NCBI GenBank assembly: GCA_013003425.1
Contig: JABDJB010000017.1
Location: 2,794-66,793, forward strand
Length of the DNA stretch: 64,000 bases
Direction: 5' to 3'
Source of the DNA: Gammaproteobacteria bacterium
GTDB lineage: Bacteria > Pseudomonadota > Gammaproteobacteria > Steroidobacterales > JABDKV01
Under the pieces are notes generated by a model. It ran no database searches and was not told where the DNA came from. It saw nothing but the letters and a program-made list of their open reading frames with translations. A program made the position numbers and the translations under genes. This document shows positions 46,232 through 55,669 of this stretch, in pieces (positions within the stretch are counted from its first letter, which is position 1; each line of letters begins with the position of its first letter).

Positions 46232-46816
46232 ATGACCACAAACACTGACAAGATAAAACGCTGTAAATGGGCACTGGGTGTAAACCAGGCGTACATCGAC
46301 TATCACGACAAGGAATGGGGCGTACCGGCACGCGACGACTGCACGCAGTTTGAGTTCCTCGTTCTGGAGAGCGCCCAGGCAGGCCTGAGCTGGTCGACGA
46401 TACTCAACAAGCGCGACGGATACCGCAAGGCATTTGCCGGCTTTGATCCCGAAAAGGTTGCGCGCTTCAACAAGCGCAGCGTGGAGCGGCTCGTTAATGA
46501 TGCTTCCATTGTCCGCAACCGGCTGAAAATCGAGAGCGCCATCAACAATGCCAAACGCTGCCTGGAAATACAGGAAGAATTTGGCAGTTTCTGCGACTAC
46601 ATCTGGGGCTTTGTGGACGGCAAGCCGATCCGGAACAAATGGCGCTCCGACAAACAGGTTCCGGCAACGTCAAAAGAATCTGATGCGCTGAGCAAGGATC
46701 TGAAATCACGTGGCTTCAAATTTGTCGGCAGCACCATTATCTATGCTCACATGCAGGCAACCGGTATGGTCAATGACCACGTGGTGAGCTGTTTCCGTTA
46801 CCGCGAAATCGTGTAA
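46232..46816 (+). CDS. tag: DNA-3-methyladenine glycosylase I
   Basis: RCKWALGVNQAYIDYHDKEWGVP, FEFLVLESAQAGLSWSTIL, Zn-site residues HMQATGMVNDHVVSCF. Confidence 0.93.
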   Translation: MTTNTDKIKRCKWALGVNQAYIDYHDKEWGVPARDDCTQFEFLVLESAQAGLSWSTILNKRDGYRKAFAGFDPEKVARFNKRSVERLVNDASIVRNRLKIESAINNAKRCLEIQEEFGSFCDYIWGFVDGKPIRNKWRSDKQVPATSKESDALSKDLKSRGFKFVGSTIIYAHMQATGMVNDHVVSCFRYREIV

Positions 46817-46840
46817 AAAGCGGCTTCAGCCGAAAAAAAT

Positions 46841-46886
46841 AACTGCAAAAAATGAAAAAGGCCCGCAACGTTTCCGCTGCGGACCC
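46841..46886 (-). terminator. Rho-independent terminator candidate for the EGKCG-peptide gene
   Basis: The minus strand reads GGTCCGCAgcggaaacgtTGCGGGCC followed by TTTTTCATTTTTT. A second hairpin TGTGAAGG-N6-CCTTCACA lies at 46909-46930, immediately after the stop. Confidence 0.5.
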
Positions 46887-46944
46887 TGAACCTCACGACA
46901 AGAGGCTGTGTGAAGGAGGCATCCTTCACAGGTAACGAGTCAGA

Positions 46945-47358
46945 TCAGGCAGAACCGCCACACTTGCCTTCGCCGCATTTGCCCTCGGCGTCTTTATCGC
47001 CGCCGCACTTGCCTTCACCGCATTTGCCCTCGGCATCTTTATCGCCGCCGCACTTGCCTTCACCGCATTTGCCCTCGGCATCTTTATCGCCGCCGCATTT
47101 GCCTTCGGCATGTTTGTCGCCGCCGCATTTGCCTTCGCAGTCGCCCTTGTTCTTGTCCTTGCGGTCATGGCCCTTGTCGCCGCCACACTTTCCTTCACCA
47201 CACTTGCCCTCGCCGACATCAACCATGTAGCCGCTCGACAGGGTCGTCATGCTGAACGGTGATGCATCAGCTTTGGCGGCCGCACCAACGGCCATGGACG
47301 CTGCCAGTGCAGCGCCCACTGCCAGGCTCAGGGGTTTTACACTCATTTTATCTGACAT
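46945..47358 (-). CDS. secreted EGKCG-repeat Cys-rich peptide, HvfA / bufferin-2-like RiPP metallophore precursor candidate
   Basis: SD GAGGAGAG 6 nt before the ATG. Signal peptide MSDKMSVKPLSLAVGAALAASMAVGAAAKA and conserved block SPFSMTTLSSGYMV. Then 10 x EGKCG plus 1 x GDCE (11 Cys) with DKDA/DKHA linkers, encoded by 45-bp tandem DNA repeats (46950-47215). Confidence 0.7.
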   Translation of the reverse strand: MSDKMSVKPLSLAVGAALAASMAVGAAAKADASPFSMTTLSSGYMVDVGEGKCGEGKCGGDKGHDRKDKNKGDCEGKCGGDKHAEGKCGGDKDAEGKCGEGKCGGDKDAEGKCGEGKCGGDKDAEGKCGEGKCGGSA

Positions 47359-47412
47359 CTGCTCTCTCCTCAGTGGTTCGTCCCCGAACGGGACCTCATT
47401 AAAGATGGGCGG

Positions 47413-48101
47413 TCAGGTTGACCACTCCACCGCCTCAATAAATTTCTGTTCGACCGGCCGGGGATAAGTCGCGCCCGAACCGATCACGGCAATGCTGCCG
47501 CCCTTTACCGGCACGATCAGCCCAAGAAAACCGTCTTCGTCGATTGGCATGGTCTTGCTGACCTGCTCATCAGGCAGCAGCAGTACGGTTACCGGCCCTT
47601 GTTCGCTGTTGACCACCAGGTGTGACACCAGGTGGCCGCGGAAGTAACAGATACCCGCGTGCACTACGTGATCGATATCCTGCGTCAGGCGGACGCCGGT
47701 TCTCTCCAGCACCTGCACCAACCGCTTGCGCGGCACCAGTTCCGTCTCGCTCGGCACCAGTAGAGCAGCCTCGTGGTAGAGGTGCTTGATTACATGACGT
47801 GGCAGCCGCTCGGGACTGTAGCTATTGAAAACTGTAAACGCCGCTGCGAATACGACGACAACACTGGCAGCGAGCGCTACCCGGCGCCCGCGTCGACGAG
47901 ACTGACCAGTTGCTGCCAGCATGACCCGGGCTTCCAGATCAGCCGGCGTTTCCACCATCATGGCATCGCGCAGGTGGGAATCGAGCTGCTGCGTTTCACG
48001 GGTGAAATCAGCGCAGGCACGACAAGCCATGCGATGACGCATAGCGTCGGCGCCGATATGGGATGGTTCGCTGGTAATCAGTCTGCGATAATCGATGCAG
48101 T

Positions 48102-48105
<4 letters not shown>
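47413..48105 (-). CDS. anti-sigma factor (zinc-finger N-terminus, one TM; DUF3379-like)
   Basis: N-terminal MNCIDYRRLITSEP...HRMACRACADF (H-x3-C-x2-C ZAS-like), TM VALAASVVVVFAAAFTVF, ~140-aa periplasmic domain. ATGA-type overlap with the sigma gene stop. Confidence 0.7.
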
Positions 48106-49705
<1,600 letters not shown>

Positions 49706-49707
49706 AC

Positions 49708-50517
49708 ATGACTGATCGCTACGCTGTAATTGGCCACCCGGTGGCGCACAGCCGTTCGCCCGAGATACACGAACACTTTGCGAAGCAAACCGGTCAGCAG
49801 CTTTCCTACGAATTGATCGACTGCGCTCCAGCGGAACTCAACGCAACAGTGGGCCGGTTTTTTTCCGCCGGCGGCAAGGGCCTGAACATTACTGCGCCGC
49901 ACAAACAGTCAGCCTTCCTGCTGGCAGACCTGATCGCAATGCGCGCGCGGGTTGCCGGCGCCGCAAACACGCTCAAGCTGGAAGCCGACGGCCAGATAAG
50001 CGGTGACAATACCGACGGTACCGGTCTGATACGTGACCTGGCGCAAAACCTCGGTCTGGCGCTGTCGGGTCGGCGCATCCTGCTGCTCGGTGCCGGTGGT
50101 GCCGCACGAGGAATACTGGCGCAGCTGCTGGGGCAGCGCCCGGCCGCGCTGGTCATCGCCAACCGGACGCATGAAAAAGCACTGAAGCTCGCTGAGACCT
50201 TCAGCGGCATGGGAAACGTAAGCGCCGGCCGGCTGGAGCGGCTGACGGAGGGCTTTGACCTGATCCTGAACGCCATTGCCAGCGGCCCGGACGATGCCGG
50301 TCCGGCGATCGATCCGGTTGCGGCAACCTCTGCACACTGCTACGACCTGACCTATACCAGCGAAGACACGCCGTTCATGGCGTGGGCGCGCAACAGCAAC
50401 GCCGCATCAGTGCACGACGGCTGGGGCATGCTGGTAGAACAGGCGGCCGAGTCCTTTTACATCTGGCGCAGAGTCTGGCCGGACACCACCGACCTGCTCA
50501 ACCGCAAGCGCATGTAG
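49708..50517 (+). CDS. aroE: shikimate dehydrogenase
   Basis: YAVIGHPVAHSRSPEIH, GLNITAPHKQ, NTDGTGLIRDL, LLLGAGGAARG. The stop TAG is embedded in the first nucleotides of a REP copy. Confidence 0.93.
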   Translation: MTDRYAVIGHPVAHSRSPEIHEHFAKQTGQQLSYELIDCAPAELNATVGRFFSAGGKGLNITAPHKQSAFLLADLIAMRARVAGAANTLKLEADGQISGDNTDGTGLIRDLAQNLGLALSGRRILLLGAGGAARGILAQLLGQRPAALVIANRTHEKALKLAETFSGMGNVSAGRLERLTEGFDLILNAIASGPDDAGPAIDPVAATSAHCYDLTYTSEDTPFMAWARNSNAASVHDGWGMLVEQAAESFYIWRRVWPDTTDLLNRKRM

Positions 50518-50586
50518 GAGCGGCTTCAGCCGCGAACAAACCCCGCGCCGTCTCAAACCACGTGTAGGAGCGGCTTCAGCCGCGAA
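50514..50586 (+). repeat. two direct REP copies (GTAGGAGCGGCTTCAGCCGCGAA) with 50-bp period
   Basis: Identical 23-mers at 50514-50536 and 50564-50586, both followed by CAAACCC. Confidence 0.9.
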
Positions 50587-50641
50587 CAAACCCAGCGCTA
50601 AAGTCGTTCCCACGAAACACAGTGGAGAACACGCACGATGG

Positions 50642-50711
50642 TGCTGGTGGCACGGTACCCAATGAGTGGCAGATGAGCTGCATCGCCGCAGGCGATGTCT
50701 GCTCCATCTGC
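50642..50711. repeat. second repeat family / compound hairpin (GCTGGTGGC..TACCC..GCAGATGAGCTGC-[inner hairpin]-CCATCTGCA); probable terminator between aroE and the gamma-CA gene
   Basis: Outer stem GCAGATGAGC (50669-) / GCTCCATCTGC (50701-50711) and inner stem ATCGCC-gca-GGCGAT. A homologous copy at 57261-57358 has a different inner hairpin. Confidence 0.55.
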
Positions 50712-50712
50712 A

Positions 50713-51237
50713 TTATTCGCGATAAACCTCTTTTAGCTTGACGTAGTGCCGCGCCGAGTAAGCCAGCATTTCAATCTCCTGCCCGGTCAGCGCGCGCACC
50801 CGTCTTGCCGGGCTGCCGCGATACAACGAGCCGGCCTCCAGCCGTTTACCCGGGCTCACCAGGCTGCCGGCAGCGACCATAACCTCCGGCTCCAGCTCCA
50901 CCCCGTCCATGATGATCGCACCCATACCGATCAGACAGCGATCGCCGATGGTGCACGCATGCAGCGTCACGTTGTGACCCACGGTAACTTCCGCACCGAT
51001 CAGCAGCGGCATGCCACCCGGCGAATACGGGCCATCATGAGTGACATGCAGGACGCAGCCATCCTGGATATTGGTGGCGGCGCCGATGACAATTTCGTTC
51101 ACGTCGCCGCGCGCGACGGCCATCGGCCAGAAAGAAACGTCGTCGCCACACCGTACCCGACCAATTACCCGGGCGCTTTCGTCAATGTAAACGCGCTGGC
51201 CCAGCTGCGGCTGGTGGCTGTCAAATTTTCTGATCAT
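50713..51237 (-). CDS. gamma-class carbonic anhydrase-like hexapeptide-repeat protein (YrdA/PaaY family)
   Basis: Left-handed beta-helix repeats; SVWPMAVARGDVNEIVIG-like, GHNVTLHACTIGDRCLIGMGAIIMDG, and a C-terminal helix. Confidence 0.85.
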   Translation of the reverse strand: MIRKFDSHQPQLGQRVYIDESARVIGRVRCGDDVSFWPMAVARGDVNEIVIGAATNIQDGCVLHVTHDGPYSPGGMPLLIGAEVTVGHNVTLHACTIGDRCLIGMGAIIMDGVELEPEVMVAAGSLVSPGKRLEAGSLYRGSPARRVRALTGQEIEMLAYSARHYVKLKEVYRE

Positions 51238-51340
51238 GGGTGAATTTTACGGGCGTAAGCTATCTGGCGCGAATCACACCCGGATTCTTTTCAGTAAAGT
51301 CGCTCCCGCAAGGGAGATGTTTAAATTTCGCGGGATCTAT

Positions 51341-51558
51341 TCGCGGCTGGAAGCCGCTCCCACAATGCATTGCGAACGACCGCCGCTAATCATCGTTCCA
51401 GGCAGTCGCGGCTGGAAGCCGCTCCCACAATGCATCGCGAACGACCGCCGCTAATCATCGTTCCAGGCAGTCGCGGCTGGAAGCCGCTCCCACAATGCAT
51501 TGCGAACGACCGCCGCTAATCATCGTTCCAGGCAGTCGCGGCTGGAAGCCGCTCCCAC
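51341..51558. repeat. REP array: 4 REP cores (TCGCGGCTGGAAGCCGCTCCCAC) in 3 complete 65-bp tandem units
   Basis: Unit starts at 51341, 51406, 51471 and 51536. Each unit also carries a second hairpin GAACGA-N13-TCGTTC. Units differ by a single T/C substitution. Confidence 0.9.
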
Positions 51559-51685
51559 AGAGTCGTTCCCCAGGATGCATCATCGACAATTGCCGAACCG
51601 GCCCGGCCGGTTCGACTCCTTTTACCCTGCCAACCCACCATCAGTCGCGACGCTGACCGCGTTGACGAAGGATGATTGCACTCCA

Positions 51686-51708
51686 TTCGCGGCTGAAGCC
51701 GCTCCTAC
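51686..51708. repeat. solitary REP copy (TTCGCGGCTGAAGCCGCTCCTAC)
   Basis: Exact reverse complement of the canonical 23-mer, 55 nt upstream of the ATG at 51764. Confidence 0.9.
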
Positions 51709-51763
51709 AGGGGGGCACAAGGGCGTGGTAGGGTTCGCGGCAGGTTTTTTCGGGGTTACAGAT

Positions 51764-52366
51764 ATGGCTGCCGGGTTGCTCTTGTTGCTGGTGTTCTGTG
51801 GTGGTTTCAGCATCATGTCGATCGAACTGCTTGGCGGGCGCATTCTCGCGCCCTATTTTGGCAGCAGTATCTATGTGTGGGGCAGCCTGATCACTGTATT
51901 CATGCTGGCCTTGTCCATCGGCTACCTGCTGGGCGGACGCTTCTCACTCAATAACCCCAGCGTAACGCGCTTTGGCGCGCTGTTCCTGGTGGCTGCGGCA
52001 GCCGTCATGCCGTTGCTGCTGGTCGGGAACCAGCTGATGGATTTTGTGTTCGAATACATCGAAGATCCACGTTACGGTTCACTGGCGGCTTCGATGATGC
52101 TGTTTTTCCTGCCAACTATTGCCCTGGGAATGATTTCTCCGTACGCGGTACGGCTATTGGTGGAGCATCGCGAACACAGCGGTCACATTGCCGGCAAACT
52201 GTACTTTGTTTCAACTATCGGCAGCGCGCTTGGCACATTACTGACCTCGTTTTACCTGGTGTTGCACTTCGAGGTAAACCAGATACTGATTGCTGTGGTT
52301 GCCGCCCTGATTCTTTGTGGGCTGATCGCCCTTGGCAGTGACCAGCGCACACGGGCCACGGCATGA
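51764..52366 (+). CDS. polytopic membrane protein (membrane module of spermidine-synthase-like systems)
   Basis: Start moved to ATG 51764 (MAAGLLLLLVFCGGFSIMSIELLGGRILAPYFGSS). The 88-codon upstream extension of ORF 51500..52366 is REP sequence. About 6 TM. Confidence 0.65.
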   Translation: MAAGLLLLLVFCGGFSIMSIELLGGRILAPYFGSSIYVWGSLITVFMLALSIGYLLGGRFSLNNPSVTRFGALFLVAAAAVMPLLLVGNQLMDFVFEYIEDPRYGSLAASMMLFFLPTIALGMISPYAVRLLVEHREHSGHIAGKLYFVSTIGSALGTLLTSFYLVLHFEVNQILIAVVAALILCGLIALGSDQRTRATA

Positions 52367-53247
52367 GAATCATCGCTATTACTCTTCTTTCACTTTTCGG
52401 CGGCGCCGTCGCGGCCGCCGAAGTGACGCTCCACACGGAAAAATCGCTGTACCAGAATATTTCTGTTGTGGAGGAAGACGGCGTTCGATGCCTGCGCTTT
52501 ACGGTAAAAAGACGCAACAGCCGGCAGTCGTGTATTGACGTAAATAATCCGGATCGGCTGGTGCTGCCCTACACGCACCTGATGTTTGGCGGCCTGCTGG
52601 TAAACCCGGCGCCACAGCGAGTGCTGCTGATCGGTCTGGGTGGCGGCACGCTGGTTGAGGTGTTTACCGGGTTATTTCCGGGCATCGAGATTGACGCCGT
52701 CGAGATCGATCCTGCAGTTGTCGATGTTGCCCGTAAATACTTCAGCTACAGCGACCCAGCCGGCACGGCCGTTCATGTGCGTGACGGCAGGGTATTCGCA
52801 CGGCGGGCAAATCGACGCGGCGAGCGCTACGATTACATCATCATCGACGCCTTTAACGGTGACTATATTCCCGAGCACCTGATGACGCGTGAGTTTCTGC
52901 TGGAATGCAAGGAGTTGCTGGCCGAAAAGGGCGTATTGGTTGCCAACACTTTTTCGTCGAGCCGACTGTACAACAGCGAGTCGGCGACCTACGCCAGCGT
53001 GTTTGGCGAGTACCTGAACCTGCGTCGGCCGCACGGAAACCGCGTGATCGTAGCCGGGCGCGACGGCCTCCCGCCGGCGGACTGGTTGCGTCTGAATATC
53101 AATCGCGTCGATGCCGACCTGGCACGCTTTGGCATCGATCTGCCACGACTACTTTCACTGGACCGCGGGATCGACTGGCGCCGCAAGGCGCGGATACTTA
53201 CCGACCAGTACGCTCCGGCCAACCTGATGCGGGACGCAGCGCGATGA
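52363..53247 (+). CDS. spermidine/spermine synthase-like SAM-dependent transferase with N-terminal signal/anchor
   Basis: VLLIGLGGGTLVEVF, IDAVEIDPAVVDVARKYF, YDYIIIDAFNGDYIPEHL are the aminopropyltransferase fold motifs. ATGA overlap with the upstream gene. Confidence 0.75.
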   Translation: MRIIAITLLSLFGGAVAAAEVTLHTEKSLYQNISVVEEDGVRCLRFTVKRRNSRQSCIDVNNPDRLVLPYTHLMFGGLLVNPAPQRVLLIGLGGGTLVEVFTGLFPGIEIDAVEIDPAVVDVARKYFSYSDPAGTAVHVRDGRVFARRANRRGERYDYIIIDAFNGDYIPEHLMTREFLLECKELLAEKGVLVANTFSSSRLYNSESATYASVFGEYLNLRRPHGNRVIVAGRDGLPPADWLRLNINRVDADLARFGIDLPRLLSLDRGIDWRRKARILTDQYAPANLMRDAAR

Positions 53248-53765
53248 GTGACAGGAAACGCAAAATATTCCGCGGCCGCATTATTGGGCTGGATGTCGAA
53301 AGCGTAACGCTGCCTAATGGCACCGAACTGGAAATGGAGATCGTCAGCCACCCCGGCGGGGCCGCGGTAGTCGCCATTGATGAAAACAGCAGAGTTTGCC
53401 TGCTGAGGCAATACCGTCATGTAGCCGGGGGCTATCTGTGGGAGCTGCCGGCCGGAAAAATTGATGACAACGAGCCGCCACTCGATACCGCCATACGGGA
53501 ACTGGCAGACGAAGCTGGCATCAGGGCAGGCGTGTGGCACTCGCTGGGTAACATGATCAGCTCGCCGGGCGTTTTTACCGAAGTGGTGCATCTTTGGCTC
53601 GCGCGTACGCTGGAATCAGGCGAGGCGAACACCGATGCTGATGAAGTAATTGAAGTGCATTGGGTGGACTATGCCGAGGCGCTGTCCTGGGCGCTCGATG
53701 GAACTATCCGGGATGCCAAGTCCGTAATCGGCCTGCTGCGGGCGCAGAAATACGTTGCAACATGA
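53244..53765 (+). CDS. NUDIX hydrolase (ADP-ribose pyrophosphatase-like)
   Basis: Internal Met MSDRKRKIFRGRI. Nudix box GKIDDNEPPLDTAIRELADEAG. ATGA overlap with the upstream stop. Confidence 0.85.
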   Translation: MSDRKRKIFRGRIIGLDVESVTLPNGTELEMEIVSHPGGAAVVAIDENSRVCLLRQYRHVAGGYLWELPAGKIDDNEPPLDTAIRELADEAGIRAGVWHSLGNMISSPGVFTEVVHLWLARTLESGEANTDADEVIEVHWVDYAEALSWALDGTIRDAKSVIGLLRAQKYVAT

Positions 53766-54181
53766 ACATCAAGTACGACAGAACTGAAAACCCGGCCGAT
53801 GAAGACGTCGCCTGGGTGCGCAAAAACCTGGTCGCCTTTAACCGCTCACAGGCGCCGGAACAACCACAGCAAAAAATCGCCGTTTATGCCCGGGACGAGC
53901 AAGGCACCATTATCGGTGGCGCAACCGGTGAGGTAACCTGGGGCTGGCTATACGTCGAAATGTTGTGGGTGCACGAGGATTATCGCGGCAGCGGCATCGG
54001 CTCACGCCTGCTGGACGATATCGAGCAGCTGGCCCGCAAATACAATGTCGTCGGCTTCCACCTCGGCACCACTGATTTCCAGGCGTTGGATTTTTATCTC
54101 AGGTGCGGCTACGAGGTGTGGGGACAGTTGCCGGATTTTCCGCCAGGGCACACTAACTATTCGCTACGTAAGAAAGCCTAG
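53762..54181 (+). CDS. GNAT family N-acetyltransferase
   Basis: Internal Met MNIKYDRTENPAD. Acetyl-CoA motif VHEDYRGSGIGSRLLDDIEQLARK. ATGA overlap with the NUDIX stop. Confidence 0.85.
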   Translation: MNIKYDRTENPADEDVAWVRKNLVAFNRSQAPEQPQQKIAVYARDEQGTIIGGATGEVTWGWLYVEMLWVHEDYRGSGIGSRLLDDIEQLARKYNVVGFHLGTTDFQALDFYLRCGYEVWGQLPDFPPGHTNYSLRKKA

Positions 54182-54188
54182 AAAACGG

Positions 54189-54304
54189 AAAACGGGGTCA
54201 GACCGAAATTTTTTGTAACAATCGCCGATGCAGAGTCAAGAGAACAGTTCAGACTCAGCGTGCGCTGGCAATTGTTACAGACAATTTCGGTCTGACCCTA
54301 TTTT
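54189..54304. terminator. ~115-bp near-perfect palindromic element between convergent genes (bidirectional terminator or MITE-like)
   Basis: Left arm GGGTCAGACCGAAATTTTTTGTAACAATCGCC (54195-54226) and right arm GGCAATTGTTACAGACAATTTCGGTCTGACCC (54267-54298). The 32-bp arms have 3 mismatches, the loop is 40 nt with its own GAGTC/GACTC mini-stem, and AAAA / TTTT tracts flank the element. Confidence 0.55.
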
Positions 54305-54306
54305 AC

Positions 54307-55470
54307 TTATAGGCTGACGCACCCCCGCTTTTCCTTGGCCCGGTACAGCGCTTCGTCTGCACTGCGCAGTATTTCCTCACGTGGCGTGTTTTTTGCAGCG
54401 TTGGCAATTCCGATCGAGACGCCAGCGTCGGGATGAATGGCCTGCATAGCTGGTTGTGCTGCAGCGAGGATACGTTGAGCGATGCGTTTTGCAGTCTTCT
54501 CGCCGATATGCGGCAGGACTACCCCGAACTCATCGCCGCCAATGCGGGCACACGCACCAGGGTCGGTTGTTCTAAGGCTCGATGCAATTTTCTCTGCCGC
54601 AGTGGCAATAGCCTCATCACCGCGCAGGTGGCCGAGCTCGTCATTTATCGACTTCAGCTTGTCGAGGTCGACAAACAGCAGTGACACCTGGTCACGCGAG
54701 AGTGCCGCAGACAACAGATCATCAAATGCCCTGCGATTGGGCAGACCGGTCGTGGAATCCTCGAGACTTTTCTTCTCGACATCACGCAATTCGGTCAGGT
54801 CGTGCAGAATTCCAGTGAACGCATGGTGCCCGTGCAGGTTCATTTCACCTACCGCCAGGCGCACCGGAAACCTGGTGCCGTCCTTTTTCTTGGCCATGAC
54901 TTCGCGCCCCTGGCCAATTATTCGTTTCTCACCAGACGCAAAGTAACGTGCCAGGTATTCGTCATGCTCTTTGCTCTCCGGTCTGGGCATGAGCAGTGCC
55001 ACATTTTTACCGATCATTTCCTCGGCGCTGTAGCCAAAAAGCCTTTCAGCGGCCTGATTGAAGGTCTCTATCGTTCCGGAGTCGTCGATAACAACAAGAC
55101 CGTCGGGAACGGTATCAAACACTGCCGCCAGCCGGTGGCTACTTAGCATTAGTTCTTTTGTGGTTCGTTTGCGCTGAATCAGCAGGTATGCGGAAATCCA
55201 GATCACGCCGATCGCAAGCCCGCGGTTTACCAGGACCATCCACTGGATACCGGCAGGTTCGGAAGCAAAGTAACCCAAGATCGTTAATGCTGTCGCAATG
55301 ACGGCCGTGGCAACCGTAACCTTCCACTCCGGCGCCCACACGGACACCAGGACTGCAATGACGTAAGGAACACCGGCTGCGACGCCCAGCGGCAGCAGCA
55401 AGTCCAGAGTGAAAACGGCTGCCATGATGAGGCCTATCGCGAGGGACAGGCTGAGACGTGATCCGTTCAC
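54307..55470 (-). CDS. membrane-anchored PAS-GGDEF diguanylate cyclase
   Basis: N-terminal ~5 TM, PAS (FDTVPDGLVVIDDSGTIETFNQAAERLFGY), GGDEF domain with RIGGDEFGVVL active site and upstream RxxD (RRAFDD). Confidence 0.9.
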   Translation of the reverse strand: MNGSRLSLSLAIGLIMAAVFTLDLLLPLGVAAGVPYVIAVLVSVWAPEWKVTVATAVIATALTILGYFASEPAGIQWMVLVNRGLAIGVIWISAYLLIQRKRTTKELMLSSHRLAAVFDTVPDGLVVIDDSGTIETFNQAAERLFGYSAEEMIGKNVALLMPRPESKEHDEYLARYFASGEKRIIGQGREVMAKKKDGTRFPVRLAVGEMNLHGHHAFTGILHDLTELRDVEKKSLEDSTTGLPNRRAFDDLLSAALSRDQVSLLFVDLDKLKSINDELGHLRGDEAIATAAEKIASSLRTTDPGACARIGGDEFGVVLPHIGEKTAKRIAQRILAAAQPAMQAIHPDAGVSIGIANAAKNTPREEILRSADEALYRAKEKRGCVSL

Positions 55471-55669
55471 ATGCTCCTCCCTGGTAGCAGCGCACTATCG
55501 ATCAGTCCTTACCCGAGTTTACTCCCGAAGCAGCGTGATGCGCTATACGGCAATACCGAAAGAGCCAGGAATCGCGCGGGGTCGGACCGGGATGTTCCTG
55601 TAAAAACCAAAGCAGCAAGCGACTATTTCCCGTGCACAGTCTCGTGATCTGACCCTGATTTCTTTGTTT

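Noticed and set aside
45667-46306. Four long ORFs (193-207 aa) on both strands across 45.67-46.31 kb, with repetitive peptides such as GAASCRD / ILPRFFQAATLLRGS
   Set aside because: They are simultaneous read-throughs of the 47/48-bp REP tandem array. The array is open in several frames on both strands because the GC-rich unit lacks stop codons. There are no SD sequences and the composition is not protein-like.
46910-47230. 106-aa + strand ORF with PHLPSPHLPSASLSP repeats
   Set aside because: It is the antisense reading of the 45-bp EGKCG repeats. The minus-strand frame has the SD, a signal peptide and terminator hairpins; this one has none.
54179-54304. Possible Tn3-family terminal inverted repeats (GGGG... 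start, and an AGAAAACGGAAAA string reminiscent of Tn21/IS1071 IRs next to the left arm)
   Set aside because: The AGAAAACGGAAAA string lies outside the palindrome and is not mirrored on the right. There is no inner TAAG, no target-site duplication and no transposase or resolvase. The resemblance is too weak to call.
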